Shown piece by piece: positions 49,393 to 59,700 of a stretch of 64,000 nucleotides of DNA. The notes beneath the pieces were generated by a model. The model did no database searches and was not told the DNA's origin. It saw only the letters and a list, made by a program, of their open reading frames with translations. The translations under genes and the position numbers were made by a program. Within the stretch, counting starts at the first letter, position 1, and every line of letters starts with the position of its first letter. This DNA comes from Desulfosudaceae bacterium (lineage in GTDB: Bacteria > Desulfobacterota > Desulfobacteria > Desulfobacterales > Desulfosudaceae). The DNA lies in NCBI GenBank assembly GCA_963674745.2, contig CAXXDV010000003.1, positions 1,504,001 through 1,568,000 of the forward strand. Direction: 5' to 3'.

Positions 49393-50601
49393 ATGAATAA
49401 ACTTATGGCAGACGCTCAACAGGTATTTGGCAAAGGTGTTGTGGAAAACCTGGTGTCAAAGGGATTGGACTGGCTGGAATCCGGCCGGGAGGGATCGGTT
49501 GTCTATGATTCAACCGGCAAGGAACTCGTTGACTGTTATTGTTCGTCCGGCACGTATAACCTGGGCCGGAAAAACCCCGCCATCGCCCGTGCACTCAAAC
49601 AGGCCATCCATGAAACCGACCAGGGCAATTTTGTCATGATCTCACGGGAAAAGGCGATGTTGTCGGAAAAACTGGCCCGGTTCACCCCGTCCGGACTGGA
49701 CTGTTCTCTGTTTACGGTCGTACGGGGGGAATCCGTGGACGCCGCCTGCAAACTGGCCCGGGGGTATACCGGGAGAACTGAGCTGATCACCGTGGACGGG
49801 GGTTGTTACGGCCCGACCGGGTTTGCCATGAGCCTGTCCGAGCGGGCAGACAAGAAAGACTTCGGCTCCCTGATACCGGATGTTCAGACGATCCCCTTTA
49901 ATGACATCGATGCTGCCGGCAAATCAATCACCCAAAAGACGGCGGCGGTCATCGTAGAACCGGTTCAAACCGAAAACAATTGCCGCACCGCGGACAAGGA
50001 TTACCTCGTTGCCCTGCGTAAATTTTGTGATCAAACCGGGGCGTTGCTGATTTTTGATGAATCCCAGACCGGGTTTGGAAGAACCGGGGAAAAGTTCGCC
50101 TCGGATTATTTCGGCGTGCTGCCGGATATCATGCTCCTCGGTGAAGCCCTGGGCGGCGGTATGTTTCCCTTCTCGGCCATGGTATTTACGAGTACCGTGA
50201 AGGCCTTTTTCGATGCCCATCCCCTGATCCATTTGCTGACATTCGGCGGCCATGATGTGGGCTGCCTGGTCGCGGCCGCGGCCATAAAGGAATATGATCA
50301 GGTACAACCCTGGCAGAACGCCAAAAAACAGGGAAAGATACTGGCGGAAAAGCTGAAAGCACTGGCCGCATCAAACCCGAAGCTGAAATCCGTGCAGGGT
50401 GTCGGCCTGCTGTTGTCCCTGGAATTTGACAGCGCACAAGAGGCCGAAAGTTTCTGCAAAAGCGCGATTCAAAACGGGGTGCTGGTAAAAAGCGGAGAGA
50501 CAGCCAAAAACAGCGTCGTCATCCGCCCTGCCCTCACCATAACCGATCAGGACCTGGATAAAATCGTAACCGGGATAGAAAAGGCGTTATCTGCTCTGTA
50601 A
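49393..50601 (+). CDS. Class III aminotransferase paralog lacking the PLP-binding Lys
   Basis: 'FDESQTGFGRTG', 'TFGG', but 'PDIMLLGEALGGG' has E at the Lys position. Confidence 0.85.
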   Translation: MNKLMADAQQVFGKGVVENLVSKGLDWLESGREGSVVYDSTGKELVDCYCSSGTYNLGRKNPAIARALKQAIHETDQGNFVMISREKAMLSEKLARFTPSGLDCSLFTVVRGESVDAACKLARGYTGRTELITVDGGCYGPTGFAMSLSERADKKDFGSLIPDVQTIPFNDIDAAGKSITQKTAAVIVEPVQTENNCRTADKDYLVALRKFCDQTGALLIFDESQTGFGRTGEKFASDYFGVLPDIMLLGEALGGGMFPFSAMVFTSTVKAFFDAHPLIHLLTFGGHDVGCLVAAAAIKEYDQVQPWQNAKKQGKILAEKLKALAASNPKLKSVQGVGLLLSLEFDSAQEAESFCKSAIQNGVLVKSGETAKNSVVIRPALTITDQDLDKIVTGIEKALSAL

Positions 50602-50615
50602 ACCGGGAACAATTT

Positions 50616-50685
50616 GGGGACGTCTATGTTTTTATGCGTTTCTTAAGTACTGCGGGGAGGAACGCATAAAAACATATACGTCCCC
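50616..50685. repeat. Family D long hairpin repeat nested between family A halves
   Basis: GGGGACGTCTATGTTTTTATGCGTT...AACGCATAAAAACATATACGTCCCC; sister copy at 53513-53582. Confidence 0.8.
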
Positions 50686-50736
50686 TTATCTACCCACTGT
50701 CCCCGGAATTCCCATAAAAAATAGCAAGGGGGAACC

Positions 50737-51375
50737 ATGCTGAATATAATTGGTATTTCCGGCAGCCCTGTCAAAGACGGCAATGTGGAGATGCTCCTGC
50801 ACACCATGCTTATGCACGCCGAAGAGCGCGGGGCCACAACAACGGCCATAAATCTATCCCGGCTGCATATTGCAGACTGTAATCATTGCAACTTCTGCCT
50901 CAAACGTCAGAAAGCCGGAAAATACTGCGCCCAAGAGGATGATGTCCAGGGGGTCTATGAACTGCTGGAAGCCGCGGACATTATCGTCCTGGCCAGCCCT
51001 GTCTATTTCATGCGCTTAAGCGGCCAGATGGCGTCTTTTGTAGATCGCCTCCGGGTATTTGTCTTCGGCAATATAGCGGGGGGCCGTCTGAAAAACAAGA
51101 TCGGCATAAGTGCTGCTGTTGCCTGGGCCCGGCATGGCGGGTTCGAGACCACCCACCTGACGCACATCACGGCTTTTCTGACGCTGGAGATGCTGCCGGT
51201 CAGCGTGCACCATTGCATAAGCCCGCTGGGCGCCTCGGCTGTGGCCAGCCAGGGAGGCACCGGATTCTTTGACAAAGCGCATCGTCACGGGGTAACGCTC
51301 GATGAGGCCGGACTGCACTCCGGCAGGGCCATGATCGAGCGCGGCCTGGAACTGGCGAGGCTGGTCAAACGATAA
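50737..51375 (+). CDS. Iron-sulfur flavoprotein / NADPH-dependent FMN reductase family
   Basis: 'GISGSP', CNHCNFC...C, 'ADIIVLASPVYF'. Confidence 0.88.
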   Translation: MLNIIGISGSPVKDGNVEMLLHTMLMHAEERGATTTAINLSRLHIADCNHCNFCLKRQKAGKYCAQEDDVQGVYELLEAADIIVLASPVYFMRLSGQMASFVDRLRVFVFGNIAGGRLKNKIGISAAVAWARHGGFETTHLTHITAFLTLEMLPVSVHHCISPLGASAVASQGGTGFFDKAHRHGVTLDEAGLHSGRAMIERGLELARLVKR

Positions 51376-51392
51376 AACGCCGGATGCCAGTC

Positions 51393-51662
51393 TAATTCCG
51401 GGAACAGTATACTGTCCCCCGAATTCCAATTCGTCATTCTGGCGAAGGAAGACGAAGTCTTCGCTGTTGAATCCAGTGCTTGTTCGTCATTCCGGGCAGT
51501 GGAGCGAAGCGGAATCCTGGATCGAGTTCAGGACAGGCTTGCCCGGAATCCGGCCCGACTCGTCATTCCGGGCAGTGGAGCGAAGCGGAACGTGACCCGG
51601 AATCCAGTATAAAATTGATTGGTTTCAATTTTCTAGATCCCGGCTCGGCGGCCGGGATGACG
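51393..51662. repeat. Composite repeat cluster: family A doublet followed by several family B units
   Basis: AATTCCGGGAACAGTATACTGTCCCCCGAATT; two copies of CGTCATTCCGGGCAGTGGAGCGAAGCGGAA. Confidence 0.8.
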
Positions 51663-51721
51663 AAGGCGTAGGAAAGTTGGAAAGACGTCCCCATTATCAC
51701 CCCACACCAAAAGGCAAGGTT

Positions 51722-52138
51722 ATGGATCAAGATTTACGTTTATTTCTGATCAGGCATGGTGCAATTGTTGCGTTATTAGGCGCACTTTCAGGTTTGGGCT
51801 ACATGTTCGTGATTACGGGTGATATGCCCGGGAGTATGAGAGCGTGGCATCTGGCACACCTTCAAGGTATATTAACAGGTATTCTCATCATTGCCGGATC
51901 ATCGTACATTGATTATTTAAAGTTGAGTTTAAAATTGCGTCGCATCATATCATACCTGTTCGTGATTACAGGATATTGTTATTCAATTGGTCCGGCCTGG
52001 GGTGCTGTCTTCAACGTCAGAGGGATTGAACCGGCTTTACCCATAACCAATTTCGCAATGTTTATCTCAAATACGGTCGCCAGTATCGCTGTGGTTGCGG
52101 GATTGGGAATTACGATTTGGGGTTCAATGAAAAGATAG
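51722..52138 (+). CDS. Membrane protein resembling the styrene-oxide isomerase (StyC) family
   Basis: About four TM helices; 'PGSMRAWHLAHLQGILTG'. Confidence 0.55.
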   Translation: MDQDLRLFLIRHGAIVALLGALSGLGYMFVITGDMPGSMRAWHLAHLQGILTGILIIAGSSYIDYLKLSLKLRRIISYLFVITGYCYSIGPAWGAVFNVRGIEPALPITNFAMFISNTVASIAVVAGLGITIWGSMKR

Positions 52139-52142
52139 ATCA

Positions 52143-53330
52143 TCAATAAAGATCATACCGCACCAAACGGCCATCCAGACCGCCGGCGTGCAGGGGCTTT
52201 TTCCAGGTGGCTTTCAGGCCGATAGATTTGATATAGGAGCGGTCCCCCAGGTAAATGAAGGCCAGGGAACCCCGGCATTTCTGCTTTAGAAAGTCTCCCA
52301 GTTCTTTGTAAAACACGGTCAGGTTTTGATTTTTACCCATGCGGATGCCGTAGGGCGGATTGGTGACAATGAGATGGTTTTCCAGGCCGGACAGGTCCCG
52401 AAAGTCGTTCTGGGACACGGACACCCGGTCGCCGGAGTGCATCCCCATGAGGTTGGTTCTGGCAGCGGAGACAGTTGCCCTGTCGATGTCGCTGCCTGCA
52501 ATCAGGTTTTCCGGCAGTTCGCGGATGGCCGCGTCGGCTTCCTGGCGAACCTGCTGCCAGAGCGTATTGTCGAAATCAGGCAGGGCTTCAAAGCCAAACG
52601 TTTTCCGGAAAATACCGGCCGGTACATTGGCCCGACGCATCAGGGCTTCGCACAGCAAGGTGCCGGAGCCGCACATGGGATCATACAGGGGCTGGATTCC
52701 GTCCCATTCGGTCAGATGAAGAATACCGGCGGCTACGGTTTCCTGCATGGGACCGATTACGCTTTCTTCCCGATAGCCTCGCTTGTGGAGCGGCTCTCCG
52801 GAGGTATCGATGCTGATGGTGGCCTGGTTTTTCCGCAGGTGAAGATTAATTCGTATGTCCGGTGAAATGGTGTTGACGTCCGGACGCTGCCGGCCGGTGT
52901 TTTCTCTAAAATAATCCGCAATGGCGTCTTTGACGCGTAAGGCGGCAAAATGGGAATGGGTAACATCACTGTCGGAAACGTTGGCATATACGGCGAATGT
53001 CCGGTTATTTAAAAAAAACTGTTTCCAGGCAATGGTTTTGGCCTGTTCATAGAGCGTGTCGGTCTGCTGGCAGGAAAAACTGATCAGCGGCGCCAGGATC
53101 CGGGAAATCAGGCGGGAGGAGTAGTTGATCCGGTAGAGGTCGGCCGGTTGCGCGCAAAAATGAATGCTGCGAAACAGGGGTTGAATATCGGTAGCGCCCA
53201 ACGCGGCCAGTTCTTCGGCTGCCGGTCCGGCCAGGTTTTCGGCAACCTGGGCGATATAACGCCCTTCTTCCTGGTAAATATATGTAGGCGTTTTCTGGCT
53301 GGGGTCTCGTTTTTTCAGTCGTGTTTTCAT
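52143..53330 (-). CDS. THUMP-domain rRNA methyltransferase (RlmL-like)
   Basis: 'SIDTSGEPLHKRGYR', 'DPMCGSGT', 'TNPPYG'. Confidence 0.9.
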   Translation of the reverse strand: MKTRLKKRDPSQKTPTYIYQEEGRYIAQVAENLAGPAAEELAALGATDIQPLFRSIHFCAQPADLYRINYSSRLISRILAPLISFSCQQTDTLYEQAKTIAWKQFFLNNRTFAVYANVSDSDVTHSHFAALRVKDAIADYFRENTGRQRPDVNTISPDIRINLHLRKNQATISIDTSGEPLHKRGYREESVIGPMQETVAAGILHLTEWDGIQPLYDPMCGSGTLLCEALMRRANVPAGIFRKTFGFEALPDFDNTLWQQVRQEADAAIRELPENLIAGSDIDRATVSAARTNLMGMHSGDRVSVSQNDFRDLSGLENHLIVTNPPYGIRMGKNQNLTVFYKELGDFLKQKCRGSLAFIYLGDRSYIKSIGLKATWKKPLHAGGLDGRLVRYDLY

Positions 53331-53512
53331 TAATTTTTTCCGGTTTTGGCAGTACCGTGCCACCGAGGCGGTTGTCCGGTTTCTCTGCCGGTCAGGCAGG
53401 ACAAGTTTATACGAATGGGTATTTTTATGGCAAAGCCGAATAATAGCAAGGAAAATATGGCCGATCAGGGTGAAAAGGGATTCCCCATCACGTTTCCCAA
53501 TCAGGACAAAGT

Positions 53513-53582
53513 AGGGACGTCTATGATTTTATGCGTTTCTTACGTACTGCGTGGAGAAACGCATAAAATCATAGGCGTCCCC
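53513..53582. repeat. Family D long hairpin repeat
   Basis: Near-identical to 50616-50685. Confidence 0.8.
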
Positions 53583-53586
53583 TTTA

Positions 53587-55758
53587 TCACCCTGCGCCGG
53601 TAATATCTACCGGTATACCACCCAGAGCAGAGCTGCCTGAAAGCTGGTCATAGAATTCATCATCAACGATGTCATTCATGTTGGCACCGGCATGTTGATT
53701 GGCGATGGAAAGTTTTGTCTTGGACTGATTGTGCCCCCAGCCGAATGGCAGGCTGACGACACCCGGCATAACTTCATCCGTTATTTTAATCTGAACCGTG
53801 ATGCTGCCGACTCTTGATGTAACAACGACGCGTTGATCCGGTGATAAACCCTTTTGTTTTGCATCTTCGGGATGAATCATCAAGGTACACCGATGGGGGC
53901 CGCCAACAAGGGTTGGGCTGTTGTGCATCCAGGTATTCATACTGCGCAATGTTCTCCGGGAAATTAAAAGCAATTTCCCATTGCCATTGGCAGGTGTCTG
54001 TTTCAGTTTAAGGGATAACCTTTCGAGATCTTTAATCACCGGGTCAGAAAAGAGATTAATGCGTTTGTTTTTTGTATTGAGAATGCGTTTTAATCTCGGT
54101 TGAAGCGGACCGATCAGAAGGCCGTGGGGATGGCCTGATAGTTTTTTGATGGATAGTTTTTGCGGCCCCAGTCTCAAAAGAAAATCAAGCTGGAATTTGG
54201 GTGTTACAACATTTTTGACAGCGGCCCATTTAATCCAACCCATTATTTTAGATAAATATCCGCGATGTTTATCCATATAATAGCTGATATCCACCATTAT
54301 CTCCCATAGATGTTTGGCGTTGTCTGACCTGGGAAATACAGCCGGTGAATATTGGGCAAAGTTATGAACACCGGTCATGAGCTCAATAACCGGATATCGA
54401 TCCCGTTCAAAAAACGATGTGGGTGGGAAAATAATATCTGCGAATTTGGTGGTCTCATTTATGTAGTAATCAATCGAAGCCATAAATTCCAGATTTTCAA
54501 ATGTTTTTTGCAATCGTTTTGTATTGGGCAGAGATAAAAGGGGATTTCCCCCGGCAGTGACAAACGCCTTGATCTGACCTGCGCCGGGCGTTTCCATCTC
54601 CTCTGCTAAAGCAGCCACAGGAAGTTCCCCATTGAATTCAGGCAAGCCACTCACACGACTCTGATACTGATTGAATGTGCCGGGTAATCGAAACAGATTG
54701 GCAAGGCCCGGCAAATCCACGGCCGGCGTGTTAAACATGGCGCCACCAGGCCTGTCCATGTTACCGGTGATGATGTTTAAAATATCGATCAGACATGTGC
54801 TTAACGTCCCGAATTCCTGGGTGGACACGCCCAATCGGCCATAGCAGACAGCATGTTTGGCAGTTCCAAATTCCCTGGCAATATTCCGGATCTCTTCTGG
54901 TGCGATCCCCACAACAGGTGATACGGCTTCCGGAGAATAACCGGCTGCGTACTGTTTTAACTCTTCAATGCCATCCAATAAAGAACCAGGACGACTTGTG
55001 TCTATTTGTTTATCTTTGAATAATGTATCGATCATTGCAAACAACAACAGCGCATCCGTACCTGGTTTAATGAAGTAGTGCGCATCTGCTGCTGCAGCGG
55101 TTTCGGTACGTCTCGGATCAATGACAATAATTTTACCCCCCCTTTTTTGTATTTCTTTGAATCTTTTTTTGGTGTCCGGCGCTGTCATTAAACTGCCGTT
55201 TGAAACCAGGGGGTTGGCACCCATGATGAGAAAAAGGTCGGTTCTCTCTATATCCGGTGTGGGCAGGATGGCTTGATTATTATACAAGAGCAGTGATGCT
55301 GCCAATCGTGCCAGAGAATCGACTGAAATGGCTGAATAGCGATTGCGTGTTTTAAATCCATTTACAAACGTCAAAAGAGGGAGTACGGAATCATAATTGT
55401 GCTCCATGGCATTTCCGACATAAACGCCAACTGAATCGTTCCCATGGGTTTTTTGTACCTGTCGAATTTTTTGCCCCATGTACTCGTAGGCATCCTTCCA
55501 GGAGATTTCTTCCCATTTGTCTCCTTTTCTAATCACTGGATGTCGCAGGCGATCCGGATCATTATGGATGTCCTTTAAAGCAACCGCTTTGGGACAGATA
55601 AATCCTCGACTATGAGGGTTGTCTTTATCACCTCGTATGGATACAATATCCCCGTCTTTGTGTTGGATTTCAATGCCACACGCAGCACCACAGAGACAGC
55701 AAATCGAGTAATGTTTTTTTATCACACCAATTGACCTTTCCCGGGCATTAAGACGCAT
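53587..55758 (-). CDS. Molybdopterin-dependent oxidoreductase (DMSO reductase superfamily) with a 4Fe-4S motif
   Basis: 'CCLCGAACG...CPK', 'DPDRL..P', 'IDPRRTETA', 'PGVVSLPFGWGH'. Confidence 0.9.
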   Translation of the reverse strand: MRLNARERSIGVIKKHYSICCLCGAACGIEIQHKDGDIVSIRGDKDNPHSRGFICPKAVALKDIHNDPDRLRHPVIRKGDKWEEISWKDAYEYMGQKIRQVQKTHGNDSVGVYVGNAMEHNYDSVLPLLTFVNGFKTRNRYSAISVDSLARLAASLLLYNNQAILPTPDIERTDLFLIMGANPLVSNGSLMTAPDTKKRFKEIQKRGGKIIVIDPRRTETAAAADAHYFIKPGTDALLLFAMIDTLFKDKQIDTSRPGSLLDGIEELKQYAAGYSPEAVSPVVGIAPEEIRNIAREFGTAKHAVCYGRLGVSTQEFGTLSTCLIDILNIITGNMDRPGGAMFNTPAVDLPGLANLFRLPGTFNQYQSRVSGLPEFNGELPVAALAEEMETPGAGQIKAFVTAGGNPLLSLPNTKRLQKTFENLEFMASIDYYINETTKFADIIFPPTSFFERDRYPVIELMTGVHNFAQYSPAVFPRSDNAKHLWEIMVDISYYMDKHRGYLSKIMGWIKWAAVKNVVTPKFQLDFLLRLGPQKLSIKKLSGHPHGLLIGPLQPRLKRILNTKNKRINLFSDPVIKDLERLSLKLKQTPANGNGKLLLISRRTLRSMNTWMHNSPTLVGGPHRCTLMIHPEDAKQKGLSPDQRVVVTSRVGSITVQIKITDEVMPGVVSLPFGWGHNQSKTKLSIANQHAGANMNDIVDDEFYDQLSGSSALGGIPVDITGAG

Positions 55759-55802
55759 ACTTATTTAAGCTCTTTTGTTGTTGCAATTTCTTAAAACGCT
55801 TT

Positions 55803-55818
55803 TTAGTTAGTCAACTAA
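55803..55818. promoter_or_regulatory. Third TTAGT-N6-ACTAA palindrome, overlapping a minus-strand -35 (TTGACT)
   Basis: TTAGTTAGTCAACTAA, ~45 nt upstream of the Mo-oxidoreductase ATG. Confidence 0.55.
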
Positions 55819-55885
55819 CCAAAAACCCCGGATTTTGTCAACTGTTTTTTGCGTTTTTGATATTCAGGACCATGTTTCTTCTCCT

Positions 55886-56013
55886 CGTCATTCCCCGTCT
55901 TGATCGGGGAATCCAGACCGCCCTCGTCATCCTGGACAAGCCTGTCCCGGACTTGATCCGGAAATCCGGAATCCAGTAAATAAATGATGTCATCCTGTGG
56001 CTTGACCAGAGGA
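55886..56013. repeat. Family B palindromic repeat cluster at the left edge of island 2
   Basis: CGTCATTCCCCG...CGGGGAATCCAG; GTCATCCTG... units. Confidence 0.7.
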
Positions 56014-56157
56014 GCCATACCTCCTCAAAAAATTCGCTTGTAATTATCAACGAAAATGGCTAAACAACATTAGGGGCGACAAATGATTAGCCTCGGAATT
56101 TGAATTTTCGAGGGAAAATCATGAAAAACGAATAATCCATATCGTTAAATCAAACAA

Positions 56158-56664
56158 ATGAAACTGCGACTCCAAACATTCTCATACCGCTTTGCCGAGC
56201 AAGTACTCAACAGTCGCCTGACAATCAAGCAAGAAATTGAATCTACGCTTAATCACCCTTCCATTAACATTCCGGATCTGACCCGCCCGAAGTTCAACGA
56301 GTTATTGGATAAGTTATTTCAGGAACAAGGTTGGGAAAGCCAGCCTGCAGTCTTTGACGAGCCTCGAGATCCAACTGCAAAAATGGATTTTCTAAAAGAT
56401 CCAGTAGGCGTTGAGGTCGAGTTCGGTCATTCGTCGTTTATCGGAATTGATCTTCTAAAATTTCAGGTTGCATCCTACTCCGGCCTAAACAAAATTGATT
56501 TAGGTGTCTACATCGTTACAACTAGATCGTTTCAAAAACGAATGAAAGACGAGGTCGGCCTTAAATGGGAAGGCAGCTTAACTTTTGAGAAGGTGACAAG
56601 ATATTTACAACATTTTAAAAGTGCGATTCAGGTTCCAATCTTTGTGATTGGAATCGATATGTAA
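56158..56664 (+). CDS. BglII/BstYI-family restriction endonuclease-like protein
   Basis: 'QGW', 'MDFLKDPVGVEVEFG', 'DLLKFQ', 'IDLGVYIV', 'VPIFVIGI'. Confidence 0.75.
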   Translation: MKLRLQTFSYRFAEQVLNSRLTIKQEIESTLNHPSINIPDLTRPKFNELLDKLFQEQGWESQPAVFDEPRDPTAKMDFLKDPVGVEVEFGHSSFIGIDLLKFQVASYSGLNKIDLGVYIVTTRSFQKRMKDEVGLKWEGSLTFEKVTRYLQHFKSAIQVPIFVIGIDM

Positions 56665-56748
56665 TCGTCCAAAATAACTTTAGGGTACAGCATTGTTATA
56701 TATCTGAAATAGCATACTGCCCCCAGAATTGTATGATAGCCACTAAAA

Positions 56749-59700
56749 ATGAGTAAAAATCGAAAGAAAAAAACCTCCAAAAAGAAGCATCCGAAAATGC
56801 CAGCCGGCTTTCGGCAGAGACTTTACAACAGCAAGGAGTTTAATCCTAAAAAAGTATTTCAAGATCTACAGGCTTATCGAGACTTTAATGAAATGCAAGC
56901 GGTCGCGAATTATGTGGCCAATCCGAACAACCCATTCCATCGTTTCATGTTTGGTATTACGTTTGCCAGGGCATATAATGAATTATGCACTTACCGTTCT
57001 TTCGTTTTGACTGACTCCTTGCAGAAAGAACTAGATTGGATGTCACTATCGCTAGTCCGTTATGCTAAGGAGATATCCCAATTTGTTAAACAAGCAAATG
57101 CCTTTCAAAAAACATTTCTTTTAGGTTCTTACCAACAGGCAAGTGAAATACTTGAAACCATTATCTCTGAATTTGGATTTTCTCTGTGGAGTTTAGAGAA
57201 AACCTTTCTGCTAGCAGAATATGCTCATGGTTTGGAAAGAAACAAAAAAGAGTTGACCAACATCATTGGAGACGAAAAAAACGATGAACTTCTGAAGTTT
57301 ATTGCCGAATACATAAGCCTAAGATGTGAGTCTAAAATGTCAGATGAAAACTATCGAATAAGGTTAAGCCGTGGGATAGATTTTGATGACGATTTTTTTG
57401 TACTTGTTAATTATTTGCGCTACCGACTTGAACAAATTGGCATGGACTTAACCTCTGTCGCAACTCACATCACCTACTTCGAAGGTAGCACGCCCATTAT
57501 TGATCGATATTTAACTTTCATTACTATTCTTCAGTCATGTGCAATAGCTGATCAAGAATATAGTGAAATCGCAAAAAATGTTGTAGTGAGACTTGATGGC
57601 TTGATTGAAGATTTACGTATTGATTCTTTGCTTCAGTTATTCATTCCTGATCGTGAATTTGAATGTAACACATTAGCTGTCAATATGATAGAGGTATTGG
57701 ATAACTACACTAATGGATATTACGAAATTAGTGCAGAGATGGCATCCCAGATTCTTACAGACAATCCAGAAAGTTATGAATTCTATTATATTTATATTCG
57801 TTCTCTCGCCCACATAGGCAAAGCTTTCAATCAATTTTTCCCCGAAGATTCGGTAGCGGCTTCAATTCTTGAACATAGCAATGTAATAATAAGAGGTAAA
57901 AGGTTGTATAACAGGAGTTTCAATTATCTTTCTAAACTATCTACGTCTTTGTGGAGAGACCCGTTGGCATATGGGCTTTTTGATTTTTATGTAGAAGAAG
58001 CGTTGCCCTCTCAAGAAAAAAGAATCCATAAACTAATGTTGCTAAATGCACATTTTCTTAATCCTCGTTTTGCGATAATTTATGAAGATAAAAACAATGC
58101 TGATAAGTTCTTAAACCAGTTATCAAGTCAGGTTGGAGAGGGCAGTACGTTATCACTAATGAGAGCCATAACAGCATCATCCCATAAATTCGATGATGTT
58201 CAGTTACCTGAAGAAATTCCAGAAGCACGAAGACAGATTTACCTTGCGGAAATTTATGAAAAAAAAGGACGGTTCCAAAGTGCTATTTCTGTCCTTCAAC
58301 CACTTCTTATAGATATAATGGAAGATAAATTACCAGGAGGCTTTTATTCATGCGAACGAGTTGCGGGGGCCCTTTTCCGATGTTATCTAGAAAGAAAACA
58401 ATTGGCTGAATGCACTGATATGGTCGTGAGTTCCTTCCTCCAAAATGACCTTTTGACAAAAAAGCTTCCACTTATCCAACTAGTAAAGTCAATTGACGAA
58501 ACAGGTCCAATTGATGTAATGAGGAAGATCTCATACCCAATTTTATATTCAATTGTCCACACTAAACCCCGTGAAGTTTATGTAGCTTATGATAATTTTC
58601 TTAATAGCATGGGTTTAAGTCGTCCAACGCAACTTTTTGATATGGCTGATGAGTTTAGCCCAAGTGATCTGCAGGAATTTTTGTTAAAAGTCTGCACCAT
58701 TGATGTTCTTTCGTGCTCATATCACTTTAATGGAACTAAGGATTTGGAAACGGAGAGGATTCGAATTTGTCAGTTTCTATCTGAGAAAGATCAAACAAGA
58801 TTGAAAATTTATTCAGACGAGATTAGCTCTATTACCTCTCGTTCCTTGATTAGAGAAGGTATGAGACAGATTGAAGTCAGTAAGATACATGTCGACGAAA
58901 AGGGAATCAGGACGACAGGGCGGAAACTTCTAGAAGAGAGTTTTGCGAGATATCGTGAGTTGGCTTCAATGAGCAGTATTAAAAATATGAGGGTTTTGAA
59001 TCAGGAATCTCTTTATCTCTACATAATAACTCGTGATGGTAAGGTAATAAAAGCGCCGATCTCAACAACGGAACTGAAAGATCCCGTTTTCGAGAAACAG
59101 ATCGTTCATAATGCACTGTTCATAAATTTTAGAGAATTGTTCATGGATGTGAGGGATCGATTTATCTCCAGTGGTGAGCATGGGCTTGATGGCTATTTGA
59201 GTGTAAGAATTAGACATGGTGTTTTGCAAAATCAGATACGCAGTACCTTTGAGGCGTTGCACTTAATTTCCGAAAAGGATACTACTACCGAAGAATATCT
59301 TATAAATCCGTATTGGGATACACGACTCGAAGATGTCTCTGTTGAAAACCGGGCAGCAATCCAAGAACAGCTCGCAAATTTCTCTCGTGATGTTGATGCA
59401 CTAGCACAAAGATTAAACAAAGAATTGATTCAAGTTAAAACAGAAAAAAAAAATACCGATGGCCTTTTCGATTATTCATTTAGTACAATAGAACTTTACC
59501 AGATATTCGTAGATGAGTTCCTTCAAATTACAGATTTTGATCAATTTATGGATTGTTTATTTGGAGTATTGTGGACACGTCTAAAGATAAACTTAGAAAA
59601 TATTCAAAACTATATTTCGGTGGAATTGAAGAATACTATCTATGAAAGTATAAGCCAGCTCGAACGTGAAATTCGAAAAATCGTTTCTCAATTCCAGGCC

